DNA of 64,000 bases from Planctomycetota bacterium (GTDB taxonomy: Bacteria > Planctomycetota > JAJSAM01 > JAJVHW01), in contig CBDFJG010000003.1 in NCBI GenBank assembly GCA_965248445.1, forward strand, positions 128,001-192,000. Reading direction: 5' to 3'. A program made the position numbers and the translations under genes. The notes under the pieces are model-generated. The model searched no databases, had not been told where the DNA came from, and was given only the letters and a program-made list of their open reading frames with translations. Shown here in pieces: positions 7,607 to 18,000 of this stretch (position 1 is the first letter of the stretch; every line of letters starts with the position of its first letter).

Positions 7607-9458
7607 GACCCGCGAGACGCCGGCGCCGCAGCTTTCCGACGAGGCGAGGGACGTTCACGAGGCACTCGCGTCGCGTGACCGCACGTCGATCAAGGAGTTC
7701 GTCGAGAGCTTCCCGGTGCTGCAGAAGCGCGTCGACAAGAAGACCGGAAGCGCAATGGTCTCGTTCACCGAGCGCGACGCGCAGGAGACCATCCGAGCCG
7801 CGATCGAGCAGTGCTGGGAGGAGGGTTTCGGCGCGAAGATCGTCTGCCTGAAGGACCGACAGCAAGGCATCAGCGAGATCATCTGCCGGATCTTCCTAGA
7901 GCGTCTGCTCCGCGGCGGCGGCGGCTTTGCGCGTGTCATCGCGCAGAAGGATCAGGCGACCGAGGGTCTCCTCGAGCGGATGCTCTTCATCCAGGAGAAG
8001 GTGCCGGACGCGACGATGACGGCGCTCGGTGCGACGCTCGACTGGAAGCGCAAGGACGAGGGCTTCGGGTTCACGTTCGCCGACGGCAACAGGAGCGCGA
8101 TCAAGATCCAGACGGCGCGCGACGACGCCTTCGGGCGCAGCGCCGCGGTGCGCTGGCTGTGGTTCTCCGAGTACCCGTGGTGGAAGACGGGGCACGACAA
8201 GCTCGACGGTCTGACCGAAGCGTGGGAGGACGCGCCCGGCAACATCTGCATCTTCGAGTTCACCGGCAAGACGTTCGACCACGGCTACGACGTGGTGGTG
8301 CGCGCGAAGGAGGGCCGGTCGGGGTTCCTGTTCATCTTCTTCTCGTGGCTCACCCACCCGGACAAGCGCCGGCGGTTCAGGAGCGAGAAGCAGCGCGCGG
8401 AGTTCGAGGAGTCGGTCGGCAAGATCGAGACGTACGGGATCGCCGAGGAGGTCATCCTCCAGGAAGAGCACAGCGCGACGCTGGAGCAACTGCACTGGCG
8501 GCGCGTGACGATCGACGGGCCGGGCTTCAACGGCGACATCGAGAAGTTCAAGCGCGAGCACCCGACGGTCTGGTCTGACGCATTCCTGGCTGAAGACACG
8601 CAGCTCTACAAGGTCGAGCTGCTCAAGCGGTGGCTGCCGCTCGGCGAGAAACTGCAGCGCACGTCGCCTCGCGGCGACTTCGACATGCGCGACGATCTCG
8701 TTGAGTTCCACAAGGATCGCCGCGGTCGCTGGCTCATCCTGGAAGAGCCGACGGAGGGCATCGTCTACGCATTCGGCGCCGACCCCGCGGCCGGCAAGCG
8801 CGTGCAGGCGGACGGGCGGCCGAAGGGTGATCTGTCGGTCATCCAGATCCGCGAGGTGCTCACGCGCAAGGTCGTCGCGATGTGCTCGGGGTACATCGAG
8901 CCGGACGAGTTCGGGCGTGAGGTCGTGCGTGGTTCGGCGTACTACGGCGAGGCGCGCGGCTACGTCGAGGCGAACAACCACGGGATTTCGGTCATCGACG
9001 AGATCGAGCGGCTCGAGAGGTCCCACATTCTGCTCGCGCGGCGGCGACCCGAGGTGACGGACGCGGGCAAGCGGTGGCATCGCGCGCCGGGCTTCCTGTC
9101 GACGAAGAACAGCAAGGTCTACGCGGTCGACCTGTCACGGCGGTGGGTGCGCAACCTTCAGCCCCCGCGTGAGGGCGAGCGCGGCGTGCTGCCTGCGTCG
9201 ACGATCATGCAGATGATGCGCTACAGCCGCTTGGGATCCCGTGGGCAGAGCATGGGCGCGACGGTCGGGCACGACGACGAAGTGTCGGCCGACTACCTGT
9301 GCCACGCGGCGATCGAGATGATCCTGCCGATGGTGGACACCATGTCAACGGTGCCGACTCGGCTGACGGTCGAGGAGCGGTACATCCTGCAGGGCGACAT
9401 CGAAGAACTGGCGAAGGGCGGGGGGTTCCCCGACCGCGACCTGGGAGCGGGGTACTGA
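7587..9458 (+). CDS. terL: Terminase large subunit
   Basis: LKDRQQGISE Walker A variant, WLWFSE Walker B, nuclease motifs FGADPAAG...DLS, VEANNHG, GHDDEV. Confidence 0.9.
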   Translation: MARAKAKTRETPAPQLSDEARDVHEALASRDRTSIKEFVESFPVLQKRVDKKTGSAMVSFTERDAQETIRAAIEQCWEEGFGAKIVCLKDRQQGISEIICRIFLERLLRGGGGFARVIAQKDQATEGLLERMLFIQEKVPDATMTALGATLDWKRKDEGFGFTFADGNRSAIKIQTARDDAFGRSAAVRWLWFSEYPWWKTGHDKLDGLTEAWEDAPGNICIFEFTGKTFDHGYDVVVRAKEGRSGFLFIFFSWLTHPDKRRRFRSEKQRAEFEESVGKIETYGIAEEVILQEEHSATLEQLHWRRVTIDGPGFNGDIEKFKREHPTVWSDAFLAEDTQLYKVELLKRWLPLGEKLQRTSPRGDFDMRDDLVEFHKDRRGRWLILEEPTEGIVYAFGADPAAGKRVQADGRPKGDLSVIQIREVLTRKVVAMCSGYIEPDEFGREVVRGSAYYGEARGYVEANNHGISVIDEIERLERSHILLARRRPEVTDAGKRWHRAPGFLSTKNSKVYAVDLSRRWVRNLQPPREGERGVLPASTIMQMMRYSRLGSRGQSMGATVGHDDEVSADYLCHAAIEMILPMVDTMSTVPTRLTVEERYILQGDIEELAKGGGFPDRDLGAGY

Positions 9459-9589
9459 TGGATCGCTGCCGATGTGGGACGCGCTCGCAACCGTGCGTGC
9501 ACGATGCGGAAGACGCCGCGCTGGAGCACGCCTACCGGCTCCTACTCGTACTCACCCTGTGCGGGGCTCGGCTCCCCGGGAGGACATGA
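9458..9589 (+). CDS. Small Cys-containing hypothetical protein (43 aa)
   Basis: TGATG and ATGA coupling on both sides. Confidence 0.4.
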   Translation: MDRCRCGTRSQPCVHDAEDAALEHAYRLLLVLTLCGARLPGRT

Positions 9590-10128
9590 TGCTGTACGAA
9601 GCGATGATCCTGGCGGTGGGGCTCGTGCTCCTGGGCGTGCTGGTGACGGCGGCGGTGCTACACGCGCTGCGCGCCGAGCGAGCGATCCAGCGGGAGTTCG
9701 TCGTGGTGCAGCAGGCGCTCCAGCGAGAGATGCTCGTCAAGCTCGTTGAGTCGAGCGAGATGGAGGGGCGTCTCGCGAGGGCGCAGCTCGTGCGGATCTC
9801 GAAGGGCATGGTCGTGCTCGCCCGCGCCGTCCGCTACGCCGCCAAGGCCCGCGCCGGACTTCTCGTATCACGGAAACCCGTCGGCGAGGACGCCAAGGAC
9901 GAGAAGGTGATGAAGTCGTGGCGGGCGGGCTTCGGCCAGCACGCCGACGACGACGACGCCCTCGAGGTCGAGTGGGCGCTGCGCCGGCGACGCGGCGAGG
10001 ACGTGGATCAGGGTCCGCTCTCCGAGGCGAACGCGATCCTGGCGCGGTTCCGCGTGTTCCCCGAGGACGAGGAGCACGCGCATCTGCCGGTGGATCCGCG
10101 TCGGCCACTCACGAGCGCCGGGAAGTAA
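9586..10128 (+). CDS. Phage membrane-anchored hypothetical protein
   Basis: GGAGG RBS; N-terminal transmembrane helix. Confidence 0.65.
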   Translation: MMLYEAMILAVGLVLLGVLVTAAVLHALRAERAIQREFVVVQQALQREMLVKLVESSEMEGRLARAQLVRISKGMVVLARAVRYAAKARAGLLVSRKPVGEDAKDEKVMKSWRAGFGQHADDDDALEVEWALRRRRGEDVDQGPLSEANAILARFRVFPEDEEHAHLPVDPRRPLTSAGK

Positions 10129-10215
10129 AAGACCGTCCCGTTTCTTGGACTGGGCAGGCTCGCCAACGCGCGCCTGCGCGCGAGGGATCGACGTAACTCC
10201 TTTCTCTACAACAAC

Positions 10216-10243
10216 TTGTGAGTGTCACCTCGGGATGTAAACT
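10216..10243 (+). promoter_or_regulatory. Candidate promoter for the portal/head genes
   Basis: TTGTGA-N16-TAAACT in an AT-rich intergenic patch; contains GTGTCACC. Confidence 0.45.
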
Positions 10244-10259
10244 CCCCGGCGTGGTACAG

Positions 10260-12398
10260 ATGACCAGCTCCCTGGCGGACGCCCGTCCAGAAAACGAGAC
10301 GGGGCGCAAGCAGCCAGTCGACCTGTTCGCGGCTCTAGCCGAGCCTGACGCCGACAAGCGCGCCGCCCATCTCGACGAGGTCGTGGGCCAGTGGGATCGG
10401 GCGATGGACCCGCAGCGCCGCGTCTGGATCGAGTGCGACGGCATGACGTACCACGACCAATTCGGTCGGTACGACTCCGTCGCGCGCTCCTGGGTCCCGC
10501 GCCGCAAGGCGCCCTCGACCAAGGTCACGAGGATGGAGATCAACCTCATCCTCTCCTTCGTCGAGCAGATCGTCGCGATCCACACCGCCGAGAAGCTGAA
10601 CCTCCGCGTGACCGCGTCGTCCTCAGAGGGCCGCGACGCCGCCGCCTCCCGCACCGCCGACAAGCTGCTCTGGCATCTGTGGGAGAAGCTCGACATGGAG
10701 CGGATCCGGCAGGAGGTCATCGCCGGGTCGACCGTCGTCGGGACGTGGTTCGTTCATCCGCAGTGGGATTCGTCGATCGGGCCGGAGGTCGAGCGCGTCG
10801 TCGCACGCGACGAGAACGGTCAGGAGTTCGAGCCCGAGAACCTGGAGGACATCCTCCGCGCGACCGAGATCGAGTTCGTCAAGGAGCGCGCCGGCGACGC
10901 GATCGTGGAGATCCTCACGGCGTACGAGTGCGGCTTCTCACCCGACACCGGGTCATCGGCTGGCCTCGCGATGTACGCCCGCCGCCAGCTCGCGCTCGGC
11001 GCGATGCAGCAGAACCCGCTGCTCGATCAGAAGAAGGTCAAGAACCTCGTCCCGTCGGAGACCACGGGGTTTGAGGGCGCCGAGTTCACGAACCGCCGCA
11101 AGGTGATGACGCCGCGCTCCGACGCGCCCGAGACGCACACCGACAGCTACACCGGCCGCCAGGGCGTCATCGTCACGGATCTCTACATCCGCGCGACGAC
11201 GGAGTACCCGCGCGGGCGCCGGCTTGTCTTCGCCGAGGGCTCGATGCTCTACGAGGGCGGCAACCCTCGCTACCACGACAACCCGGCCGCCGAGACGCCG
11301 CAGTGGCCGTTCCCGATCTTCCCGTTCAAGGACATCTCGGTCCCGGGCGTGGCGTGGGGACAGGGCAGCGTCGTGCGGCTCATCCCGCCGCAGAAGTCGG
11401 TGAACGGCAACTACTCCAAGGGGATGCACATCATCAAGAAGGTCGCGCACGCGACCCTCGTGCACCCCGCCGGGATCAAGGTCCCCAAGAGCGACGCGCC
11501 GGATCAGAAGATCGCGATTCACCCGTCGATGCCGGTCGACGTGGTGAAGTACCTGCAGAGCCCGCAGTTCCCGAACGAGCTGCCGCAGTTCATCAACATC
11601 GCCGTCGGCTTCATGGAGCGGATCGCCGGCGTCAACCCCTCGACGCAAGGCATCGCCCCGACGAAGGGCGCGAGCGGCAAGCTCACCGAGGCGCTGCAGG
11701 GGCAGGACATGCAGCGGCGTTCGCCGAAGCAGAACCTCTACACGCGGCAGCTCGCGCAAGTCATGGGCTACCTGCTCCAGCTCTTCCAGCGGCACGCCGA
11801 CACCGAGCGCACGGTGACGATCGTCGGAGAGAACGGGCGCGCTGACGTGCTCGCGTTCGACGAGGCGTTCATGGGCTCGAGCATCGACGTGCGCGTGTAC
11901 GACGACTTCGCGCGGCCCCGTGACCCTGCGCGCCGCATCCTCTACGCGCGCGGCATGGTCGACATGGGGCTCCTAAACCCCGCGACGAACCCGGACGATC
12001 GCGCCGTCATGCTGCAGTTGCTCGGCGGCGTGAGCGAGCTCGAGCGGTTCGAGGACTTCGCGCTGCGCAGCGACCGTGAGAAGCAGCGGCGCGAGAATCT
12101 GCGGCTCTACAAGGGCGAGCAGAGCATCCCGGACTTCTGGGAGAACGACGGCGATCACCTCGCGGTGCTGTTCACAGAAATGAACAGCGAGGAGTGGCGG
12201 ACTGCGACGACACCGCAGCCCGACGATTCACCCGAGGCGGCCGCGCAGAAGCAGGCGGTGCGCACCGCGTTCATCATGCACGCGCAGCACCACCTCAACC
12301 AGCAGCAGGGCAAGGCAGGACTGCAATCGCCCGACGGACCAGCGGCGGCCGCAGCTCCACAACCACAGTCGGCAGGACCGCCGGCGGCGGGAGTCTGA
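10260..12398 (+). CDS. Portal protein (P22/podovirus-like)
   Basis: ~710 aa after terL; INLI...V, WG.G.V..LIPPQK..N, G...SGK, EN..L...DG.HL..L, H...H portal motifs; start could be 10218. Confidence 0.85.
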   Translation: MTSSLADARPENETGRKQPVDLFAALAEPDADKRAAHLDEVVGQWDRAMDPQRRVWIECDGMTYHDQFGRYDSVARSWVPRRKAPSTKVTRMEINLILSFVEQIVAIHTAEKLNLRVTASSSEGRDAAASRTADKLLWHLWEKLDMERIRQEVIAGSTVVGTWFVHPQWDSSIGPEVERVVARDENGQEFEPENLEDILRATEIEFVKERAGDAIVEILTAYECGFSPDTGSSAGLAMYARRQLALGAMQQNPLLDQKKVKNLVPSETTGFEGAEFTNRRKVMTPRSDAPETHTDSYTGRQGVIVTDLYIRATTEYPRGRRLVFAEGSMLYEGGNPRYHDNPAAETPQWPFPIFPFKDISVPGVAWGQGSVVRLIPPQKSVNGNYSKGMHIIKKVAHATLVHPAGIKVPKSDAPDQKIAIHPSMPVDVVKYLQSPQFPNELPQFINIAVGFMERIAGVNPSTQGIAPTKGASGKLTEALQGQDMQRRSPKQNLYTRQLAQVMGYLLQLFQRHADTERTVTIVGENGRADVLAFDEAFMGSSIDVRVYDDFARPRDPARRILYARGMVDMGLLNPATNPDDRAVMLQLLGGVSELERFEDFALRSDREKQRRENLRLYKGEQSIPDFWENDGDHLAVLFTEMNSEEWRTATTPQPDDSPEAAAQKQAVRTAFIMHAQHHLNQQQGKAGLQSPDGPAAAAAPQPQSAGPPAAGV

Positions 12399-12399
12399 G

Positions 12400-13641
12400 A
12401 TGGCAGTGGAACGGGTAGACGAACCAGAGATCGGCGAGATGGACGACGAGTTCTACGCCTCGCCGGACGGGAAGAAAATGCTCGCCGAGTTGGCGGAGGA
12501 CGACCCGGAGTTCGTGCCGGAGCATCTGCGCAACAAGCCGGCCGACACGGACGACGACGCGGCGAAGAACACCGCGGACGACGATGACGACGACGCTGCC
12601 GACACCGACACGGACGACGACGCCACGCGCGCCGAAACGGACGATGACGATGCCGGTGAAGTCGACGACACGAGCGAGACGGACGACGAGACCGACGACT
12701 CGGAGGACACCGAGGAAGAAGGTTGGGACGTTCCGCTCACCGTTGCCGGCGAGGCGAAGAAGCGACGCATTCTCCGCAAGGCTCTCGACGACCCTGAGAG
12801 CCCGGAAGGGCGTGAGCTGATCGCCGCGCTTCAGAAGAGCGAAGACTACGACCGGAAGGGAGGCGCCCTCGACCAGGCCGCCGACCGGAAGGGATCCGAG
12901 ATCGCGGGGGACCACCTCGTCAAGCTCGGAGTCATGGTGCGGGGGCCGGAGGGCAACCTGCACTACTCGCCGCACTACCAAGCGTTCTACGCCGCGCAGC
13001 ACAACGGACAAGCGCAGCAGGCACAGACGCAGACCCCGCCACCCGACTACGCGGCACGGCTCGCTGCCGTGCGACAGAAGGTGCTCGATGACCCGAGCTC
13101 CGAGAACGTCGCGTCCGCGTTCGAGGGACAGGCCACGATCCTGCAGGAGCAGATCCGTGCGGAGCGGCACGCCGAAGCTCAACAGGCCCAGGCCGCCGCT
13201 GACAACCGGACTCAGCTCGAGCAGACGCGCGACACGATCACGACCACGATCAACGACGCGCTCGATGCTCAGAAGGACCGGTTCGTCCACCCCGTGACCG
13301 GGGCGGTCGACAAGGCGATGCAGGAGAGTGCCCGCGCGCGCGCCTTCACGGCGATCGCGCAGCACCGGGACCTCAAGGCGGGAGTGGCGGCAATTCAGCA
13401 AGTCGCGTCAGAGATGGACGAGCGGTACGCGCTCGTCCGCGATCTCGTGGCGAAGCTGAACGCTCAGAAGAAGCGCGGAGCGAAGCGCAAGAAGGCCGCT
13501 CCCGTGCTGGGCGGAGGCACCTCGAAGACGGGGGCCGCCGGCGGCACGAAGGAGCCCAAGTTCAACCCCAACAAGCCGTTCGAGGGCTACCAGGAGTGGG
13601 CCGAGAAGAACCTCTCGGCCGAAGAGATCGCTCAGTCCTGA
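12400..13641 (+). CDS. Putative capsid scaffolding protein
   Basis: Lies between portal and capsid; long D/E/T-rich N-terminal tract then helical region. Confidence 0.7.
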   Translation: MAVERVDEPEIGEMDDEFYASPDGKKMLAELAEDDPEFVPEHLRNKPADTDDDAAKNTADDDDDDAADTDTDDDATRAETDDDDAGEVDDTSETDDETDDSEDTEEEGWDVPLTVAGEAKKRRILRKALDDPESPEGRELIAALQKSEDYDRKGGALDQAADRKGSEIAGDHLVKLGVMVRGPEGNLHYSPHYQAFYAAQHNGQAQQAQTQTPPPDYAARLAAVRQKVLDDPSSENVASAFEGQATILQEQIRAERHAEAQQAQAAADNRTQLEQTRDTITTTINDALDAQKDRFVHPVTGAVDKAMQESARARAFTAIAQHRDLKAGVAAIQQVASEMDERYALVRDLVAKLNAQKKRGAKRKKAAPVLGGGTSKTGAAGGTKEPKFNPNKPFEGYQEWAEKNLSAEEIAQS

Positions 13642-13665
13642 TCGGCAGAAAGCAACACACCCACG

Positions 13666-14934
13666 ATGGCAACCGCCAACCTGAGCGTCCATCAGAAGTC
13701 GCTCCGGTACTTCCACGGTCCGCGCATGGCGAAGGCGCTGGCGCAGAAGGTCTTTTTCCTGAAGACCAGCAAGGACCGTTCGAAGTACGTCCGCTTCGGT
13801 GGCCGGGACGCAACGATGCTGTTCCCGGTACACCACAAGCGCAACTGGGGCACCGCCGCCGGCACCGAGGCCGGTGGAACGGCGACCCCGCGCGCACCGG
13901 GATTCGACGAGTACAGCGTCGCGCTGGCCGAACTGCAGGTCTCGATGGAGATCAGCGATCGGCTCATCAAGGCGACGCGCGCTCGCCCGGATCTCTCCTA
14001 CGTCGGCAACGCCCTGACGTGGAACGTCAATCAGGTGTTCTCCACCGCAGAGAAGATGCTCGGCATCCAAATCTGGGGCGACGGCACCGGCGCACTCGCA
14101 CAGACCGACACGGGCGCGGGGGCGATCACGGCCACGCAGTTCTACGTCGACAACCCCGGCATCGAGCGACTCGAGGTCGGGATGTTCATCGAGGCGTACG
14201 ACCCGGCGAACAAGAGTTCGGGCGGCACGAACCAGCTCACCGCGAACTCCAACGCGGCGCAGGAAATCACCGACATCGACCACAAGAACAACCGCGTCAC
14301 GATCGCCGACACGACGGGGCTGTCGGACAACGACTGGATCATCCCGACCGGTCACTACGCCAAGACCAACCTGAACGGGCTGGACTACCACGTCGACGAC
14401 GGCACGGTGGCGGCCACGTACCAGGGCCTCACGCGGTCGGGCAAGCACTACACGCAGGCGTGGGTCGAGACGACTTCGGGCTCTCTCACCGAGACGAAGA
14501 TGTACGTCCCGCTGCGTCGACTGCAGAAGTTCGGGATCAAGGAGAAGAGTCCGTACATCCTGACCGACCCCGAGTCGCAGGAGACGCTCGCGCTCGCGGT
14601 CCTCAACCGCCAGCGGTTCAAGGGAACCACCACGAAGGGCGGCTTCTCGGCCGTCTCCTTCGAGACGCCCTACGGCACGAGTGAGATCGTCTCCGACCCG
14701 CTCGCCGACCCGTTCAAGATGCGCTTCCTGTGCATGGAGGACTTCGGTTGGGGCTGGATGGGGCGCAAGGGCGGCCAGTGGTTCGACGAAGACGGGAACA
14801 TGCTCGAGAAGAAGGTGGATTCCACCTCCGGCACGGGCTACGCGACCGCCTACGTGGCGACCTGGCTCATGTACTGCCAGCTCATTTGCGAGAACCCGCT
14901 GAACCAGGCGCTCTTCTCCGGCTACACGGCCTGA
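13666..14934 (+). CDS. Major capsid protein (HK97 fold, with a beta-rich insertion domain)
   Basis: 422 aa after the scaffold; GDGTG.LA, NGL, TYQGLTRS, GFSAV.F, C-terminal L.CENP motifs; strong codon bias. Confidence 0.85.
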   Translation: MATANLSVHQKSLRYFHGPRMAKALAQKVFFLKTSKDRSKYVRFGGRDATMLFPVHHKRNWGTAAGTEAGGTATPRAPGFDEYSVALAELQVSMEISDRLIKATRARPDLSYVGNALTWNVNQVFSTAEKMLGIQIWGDGTGALAQTDTGAGAITATQFYVDNPGIERLEVGMFIEAYDPANKSSGGTNQLTANSNAAQEITDIDHKNNRVTIADTTGLSDNDWIIPTGHYAKTNLNGLDYHVDDGTVAATYQGLTRSGKHYTQAWVETTSGSLTETKMYVPLRRLQKFGIKEKSPYILTDPESQETLALAVLNRQRFKGTTTKGGFSAVSFETPYGTSEIVSDPLADPFKMRFLCMEDFGWGWMGRKGGQWFDEDGNMLEKKVDSTSGTGYATAYVATWLMYCQLICENPLNQALFSGYTA

Positions 14935-14966
14935 GTGAGCGCCGCCCCCTGCACGGGGTGACACAA

Positions 14967-15026
14967 GCCGACCGGGTCCGGTACCTCGGCCCGGTCGGCA
15001 ACCAACCCCTCGCTGGACCGCGAGGG
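14967..15026 (+). terminator. Tandem hairpins after the capsid gene
   Basis: GCCGACCGGG...CCCGGTCGGC and CCCTCGC...GCGAGGG; no U-tract. Confidence 0.45.
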
Positions 15027-15040
15027 AAGGGAGTTTCACG

Positions 15041-15679
15041 ATGGAAATGCTCGACTCTTCGCGCGTCATCACCGGGCGCAACATCACCCCGTACACCACG
15101 CGCGTCATCAAGCTCTTCGAGGGCTCAAAGGGCTTTCCCGACGGCATCGAAGTCGTCGAGACAGTGAAGGTCGCTGTGCCCGGCGATGCGGGCCGACCGT
15201 TCCCGCACTCCGGCGTCACGGGGATCGGCCCGGACGATGCGGAGCGTCTGCGCTTTGAGGCGGCCGGGAAGGGCCATCTCTACAAGACGACGAAGCAGAA
15301 GCGCGAGATCCTCGAAGCGAAGCAACTCCACGACACGGAGGTCAACCACTACGGGCGCGCGGTGACGAACCTCACGCCGGCAGAGCAACTCCAGAAGGCC
15401 CTCGCGGCGCTGGAGGAGCCGGAGCTGAAGGCGGCGTTCCTGCGCGCGATGGCCGACACCATCGACGGGCGCAAGACGGCGCCGACGCCGAAGTTCCCGA
15501 CGGTGGAGGAGATCGAAGCCGCGGCCGAGGCGAGCATCTCGACCGGCGGTCTGCCGGAGGATGGTCGACTCGAGGACGCCGGCGCCGCGGCACCCGATGA
15601 GGCGATGGCCGCGGCCGTCGCGGGCACCGACTTCGGTGCGGACCTCGTCGACCTAAATCCGGGGGGCGGACCGGAGTGA
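15041..15679 (+). CDS. Phage hypothetical protein
   Basis: GGAG RBS; ORF in the late operon. Confidence 0.7.
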   Translation: MEMLDSSRVITGRNITPYTTRVIKLFEGSKGFPDGIEVVETVKVAVPGDAGRPFPHSGVTGIGPDDAERLRFEAAGKGHLYKTTKQKREILEAKQLHDTEVNHYGRAVTNLTPAEQLQKALAALEEPELKAAFLRAMADTIDGRKTAPTPKFPTVEEIEAAAEASISTGGLPEDGRLEDAGAAAPDEAMAAAVAGTDFGADLVDLNPGGGPE

Positions 15680-16206
15680 CCGACGGCGAACTGTTCGACG
15701 CCCCCCCGATCGTGCAGCAGTACGGTCGTCGCGTGCCGAGCGCGATGCAGCGTCGGCTCCAGGACATCCGTCCGAGCTCGTGGTTCATCTTCAATCCGGT
15801 GCTCAACCGCTTCGCCGTCGTCACGTACGTCGGCGACACGCGGACCCACTACCTCGAGTTCGCGGGTACCGGCTACCACGGCTGGGCGTGGACGATGAAC
15901 GTAAACAACCCGGACGGCTCGTACAAGGTCCCCGACGACTCGGCGCTCGCGGAGGTCTTCGAGCGCACGAACGAGCGCATGGCCGGGGGGACCGAGCAGC
16001 AGAAGGTCTTCGATCTCCGCAAGTTCCACCGTGACGCGCGCGAGGAGCGCGACCGCAAGGGCAAACAGGTCATGGCGGACGCGACCGAGGACGCGATCTC
16101 CGAGGTCTACGAACCGCACTCCGTCGCGCGCGTCATGCACACGGGCGGCAGCCGTGACGCCAAGGACGCGACCGTCAACTACGAGTGTGCGGAGGCGGGC
16201 GCATGA
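15676..16206 (+). CDS. Phage hypothetical protein
   Basis: GTGA coupling. Confidence 0.7.
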   Translation: MTDGELFDAPPIVQQYGRRVPSAMQRRLQDIRPSSWFIFNPVLNRFAVVTYVGDTRTHYLEFAGTGYHGWAWTMNVNNPDGSYKVPDDSALAEVFERTNERMAGGTEQQKVFDLRKFHRDAREERDRKGKQVMADATEDAISEVYEPHSVARVMHTGGSRDAKDATVNYECAEAGA

Positions 16207-16901
16207 GCACCGGACCCGAACTCCTCGCCCGCCTGCGTCGCCTTGTCAACGAGCTCGCCGAGGGCTCGTCGCCGCGGTGGACCGATGTCGTGCTCTACGA
16301 GTACCTCACCGACGAATACTGGGATTGGTGGCGCGATCTCTCCGCGATGGAGGGCGCTGGCTGGGGCGTCGTGCGCAAGGAGTTCACGGTCGCAGCCGAC
16401 ACGGAGGAGTCCGACCTGTCATCCGTTCTGACGCGCAGGCTCATGCGCATCAACAAGCTCTACTTCAAGCCGTCGCCGAACGTGCGGCCGGTGCCGGTTG
16501 ACAAGGCCCAGGTGGGTGAACTGGAGACGTACCGCTCTCCGAACAGCGTCGGGCTTCGGTTGATCCAAGTGCACGAGCTGCAGTGGCGCGACGGGACGCC
16601 CTACCTGCAGATCCTCCCGAAGAAGGAGGAGGCCGCGGACTTCATCCTCGACTTCATCTACGAGCCGGACGCGATCGACGCGAGCACCACGTCGATCGAC
16701 GTTCCGCAGAGTCACGAGCCGCTCCTGCTCTACCGGGCAGCCCAGGTGGCGCTCGCCGAGGAGGGAACGCAAGACGGCGCGTACGCGGACCGCATCGCGC
16801 GCCTGGAGATGAACCTGCGCGCGTTCATCCACACGAGCGGCGAAGCCCATGGCATCGAGACCGTGCGCGACGAGGTCGGCGCCTTCATCTACGAGGAGTG
16901 A
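16203..16901 (+). CDS. Putative head-tail adaptor protein
   Basis: ATGA coupling; EL..RLR.LVNE...W.D..L..YL N-terminus and I.P...Y...P...DVP..HE.LL.Y.A C-terminus. Confidence 0.65.
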   Translation: MSTGPELLARLRRLVNELAEGSSPRWTDVVLYEYLTDEYWDWWRDLSAMEGAGWGVVRKEFTVAADTEESDLSSVLTRRLMRINKLYFKPSPNVRPVPVDKAQVGELETYRSPNSVGLRLIQVHELQWRDGTPYLQILPKKEEAADFILDFIYEPDAIDASTTSIDVPQSHEPLLLYRAAQVALAEEGTQDGAYADRIARLEMNLRAFIHTSGEAHGIETVRDEVGAFIYEE

Positions 16902-17936
16902 ATGGTCAGACGAGTACGCAGACACAGCGAGCAGCGACTCCGCCTCGAGCCGCCGGGTTCACTCGGTCTGGACACGGAGACGACACCCGAGCTCGTCAGC
17001 GAGCGGGCGTTCATCGTTTCGCAGTGGATCCGTCTGTCCTCGCAGGCCGTCGCGCGTGCCAAGGGTGGCAAGAAGATCGCGCAGGGCACCGATGTCGCGA
17101 GCGCGTGGACGTTCGGGTCTGACTCGATCTACGGGAAGATCGCTGCAAATACCGAGCTCCTGATCGGCAAGGGCGGATTCGTCGTGCTCTTCACCGGGAC
17201 CGCCGTGCGGCCCGCGTCAAGCAAGGCCGCGCACTACCTCGCGACGCGCGTGTCCGGCAAGGCGTATGGGCCCTTCTCAATCACCATCTCCGATAGCGGC
17301 ATCCTGACGGCGGCGTGGCGCAAGGACTCGGACGAGTCCGAGGTCTCGATCGCCACGACTTCCGCGATTGCCGCCGGCGCCGATTTCGGCGGGATGTTCA
17401 CGTACACGCCCGAGGAGGGCGGCGGGACGTCACGGCTCTACATCAACGGCGCGGAGGCGGGGACCGCCGTGACGAGCATCGGCGCCGACGAGCAGCCGAT
17501 GATCGACACGGTCGATTGGTACTTCGGCGTCGAGTGGAACCCATCGACGCCGGGCGTGACGGCGGACACGCACTACGACGGCGTCTTCGATGCGTTCACG
17601 CTCAAGTCGCTCGCCGGCACGCGCGCGTCCGAGGGCGACCCGTCTCTCATCGAGACGATGCGCAAGTGGAGCCGCGCGCAGTACCCGGCGCCCGGAGACT
17701 TGAGCGTGCTCGCGTTCTACGACTTCAGCGAGGGCTCGGGCGCGGTGCTCACAGACCGATCGCGCCACAAGAACGACGGGACGATCGTCGGTGCAGCGTC
17801 GAGCGCGACGAAGGTCGCGTACGCCCACAGCACGGTCAACCACGTGGGCCGGTTCGAGGCGAACGACGGCTCACTCGAAAACGAGGTTTTCATCGGCGGC
17901 GATCTGTTCACCGAACAGGTCCGCCAAGGCAACTGA
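16902..17936 (+). CDS. Virion protein with a LamG/concanavalin A-like domain
   Basis: RLYINGAE and YDFSEGSG.VLTDRS..KNDGTI motifs. Confidence 0.7.
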   Translation: MVRRVRRHSEQRLRLEPPGSLGLDTETTPELVSERAFIVSQWIRLSSQAVARAKGGKKIAQGTDVASAWTFGSDSIYGKIAANTELLIGKGGFVVLFTGTAVRPASSKAAHYLATRVSGKAYGPFSITISDSGILTAAWRKDSDESEVSIATTSAIAAGADFGGMFTYTPEEGGGTSRLYINGAEAGTAVTSIGADEQPMIDTVDWYFGVEWNPSTPGVTADTHYDGVFDAFTLKSLAGTRASEGDPSLIETMRKWSRAQYPAPGDLSVLAFYDFSEGSGAVLTDRSRHKNDGTIVGAASSATKVAYAHSTVNHVGRFEANDGSLENEVFIGGDLFTEQVRQGN

Positions 17937-18000
17937 CCCGCGGACAATCCTGCCCCTTCGGGCGGGGAAGCGGGCCGGGTGGCAGAAAGAGGCGAGAGAC

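Noticed and set aside
7840..8280. Non-canonical Walker motifs in terL as a sign of inactivation
   Set aside because: LKxRQxGxS and xSE variants are a known terminase subtype, and the ORF is intact with nuclease acidic residues
12541..12720. GAC-rich repeats
   Set aside because: Explained by the Asp/Thr-rich linker of the scaffold protein
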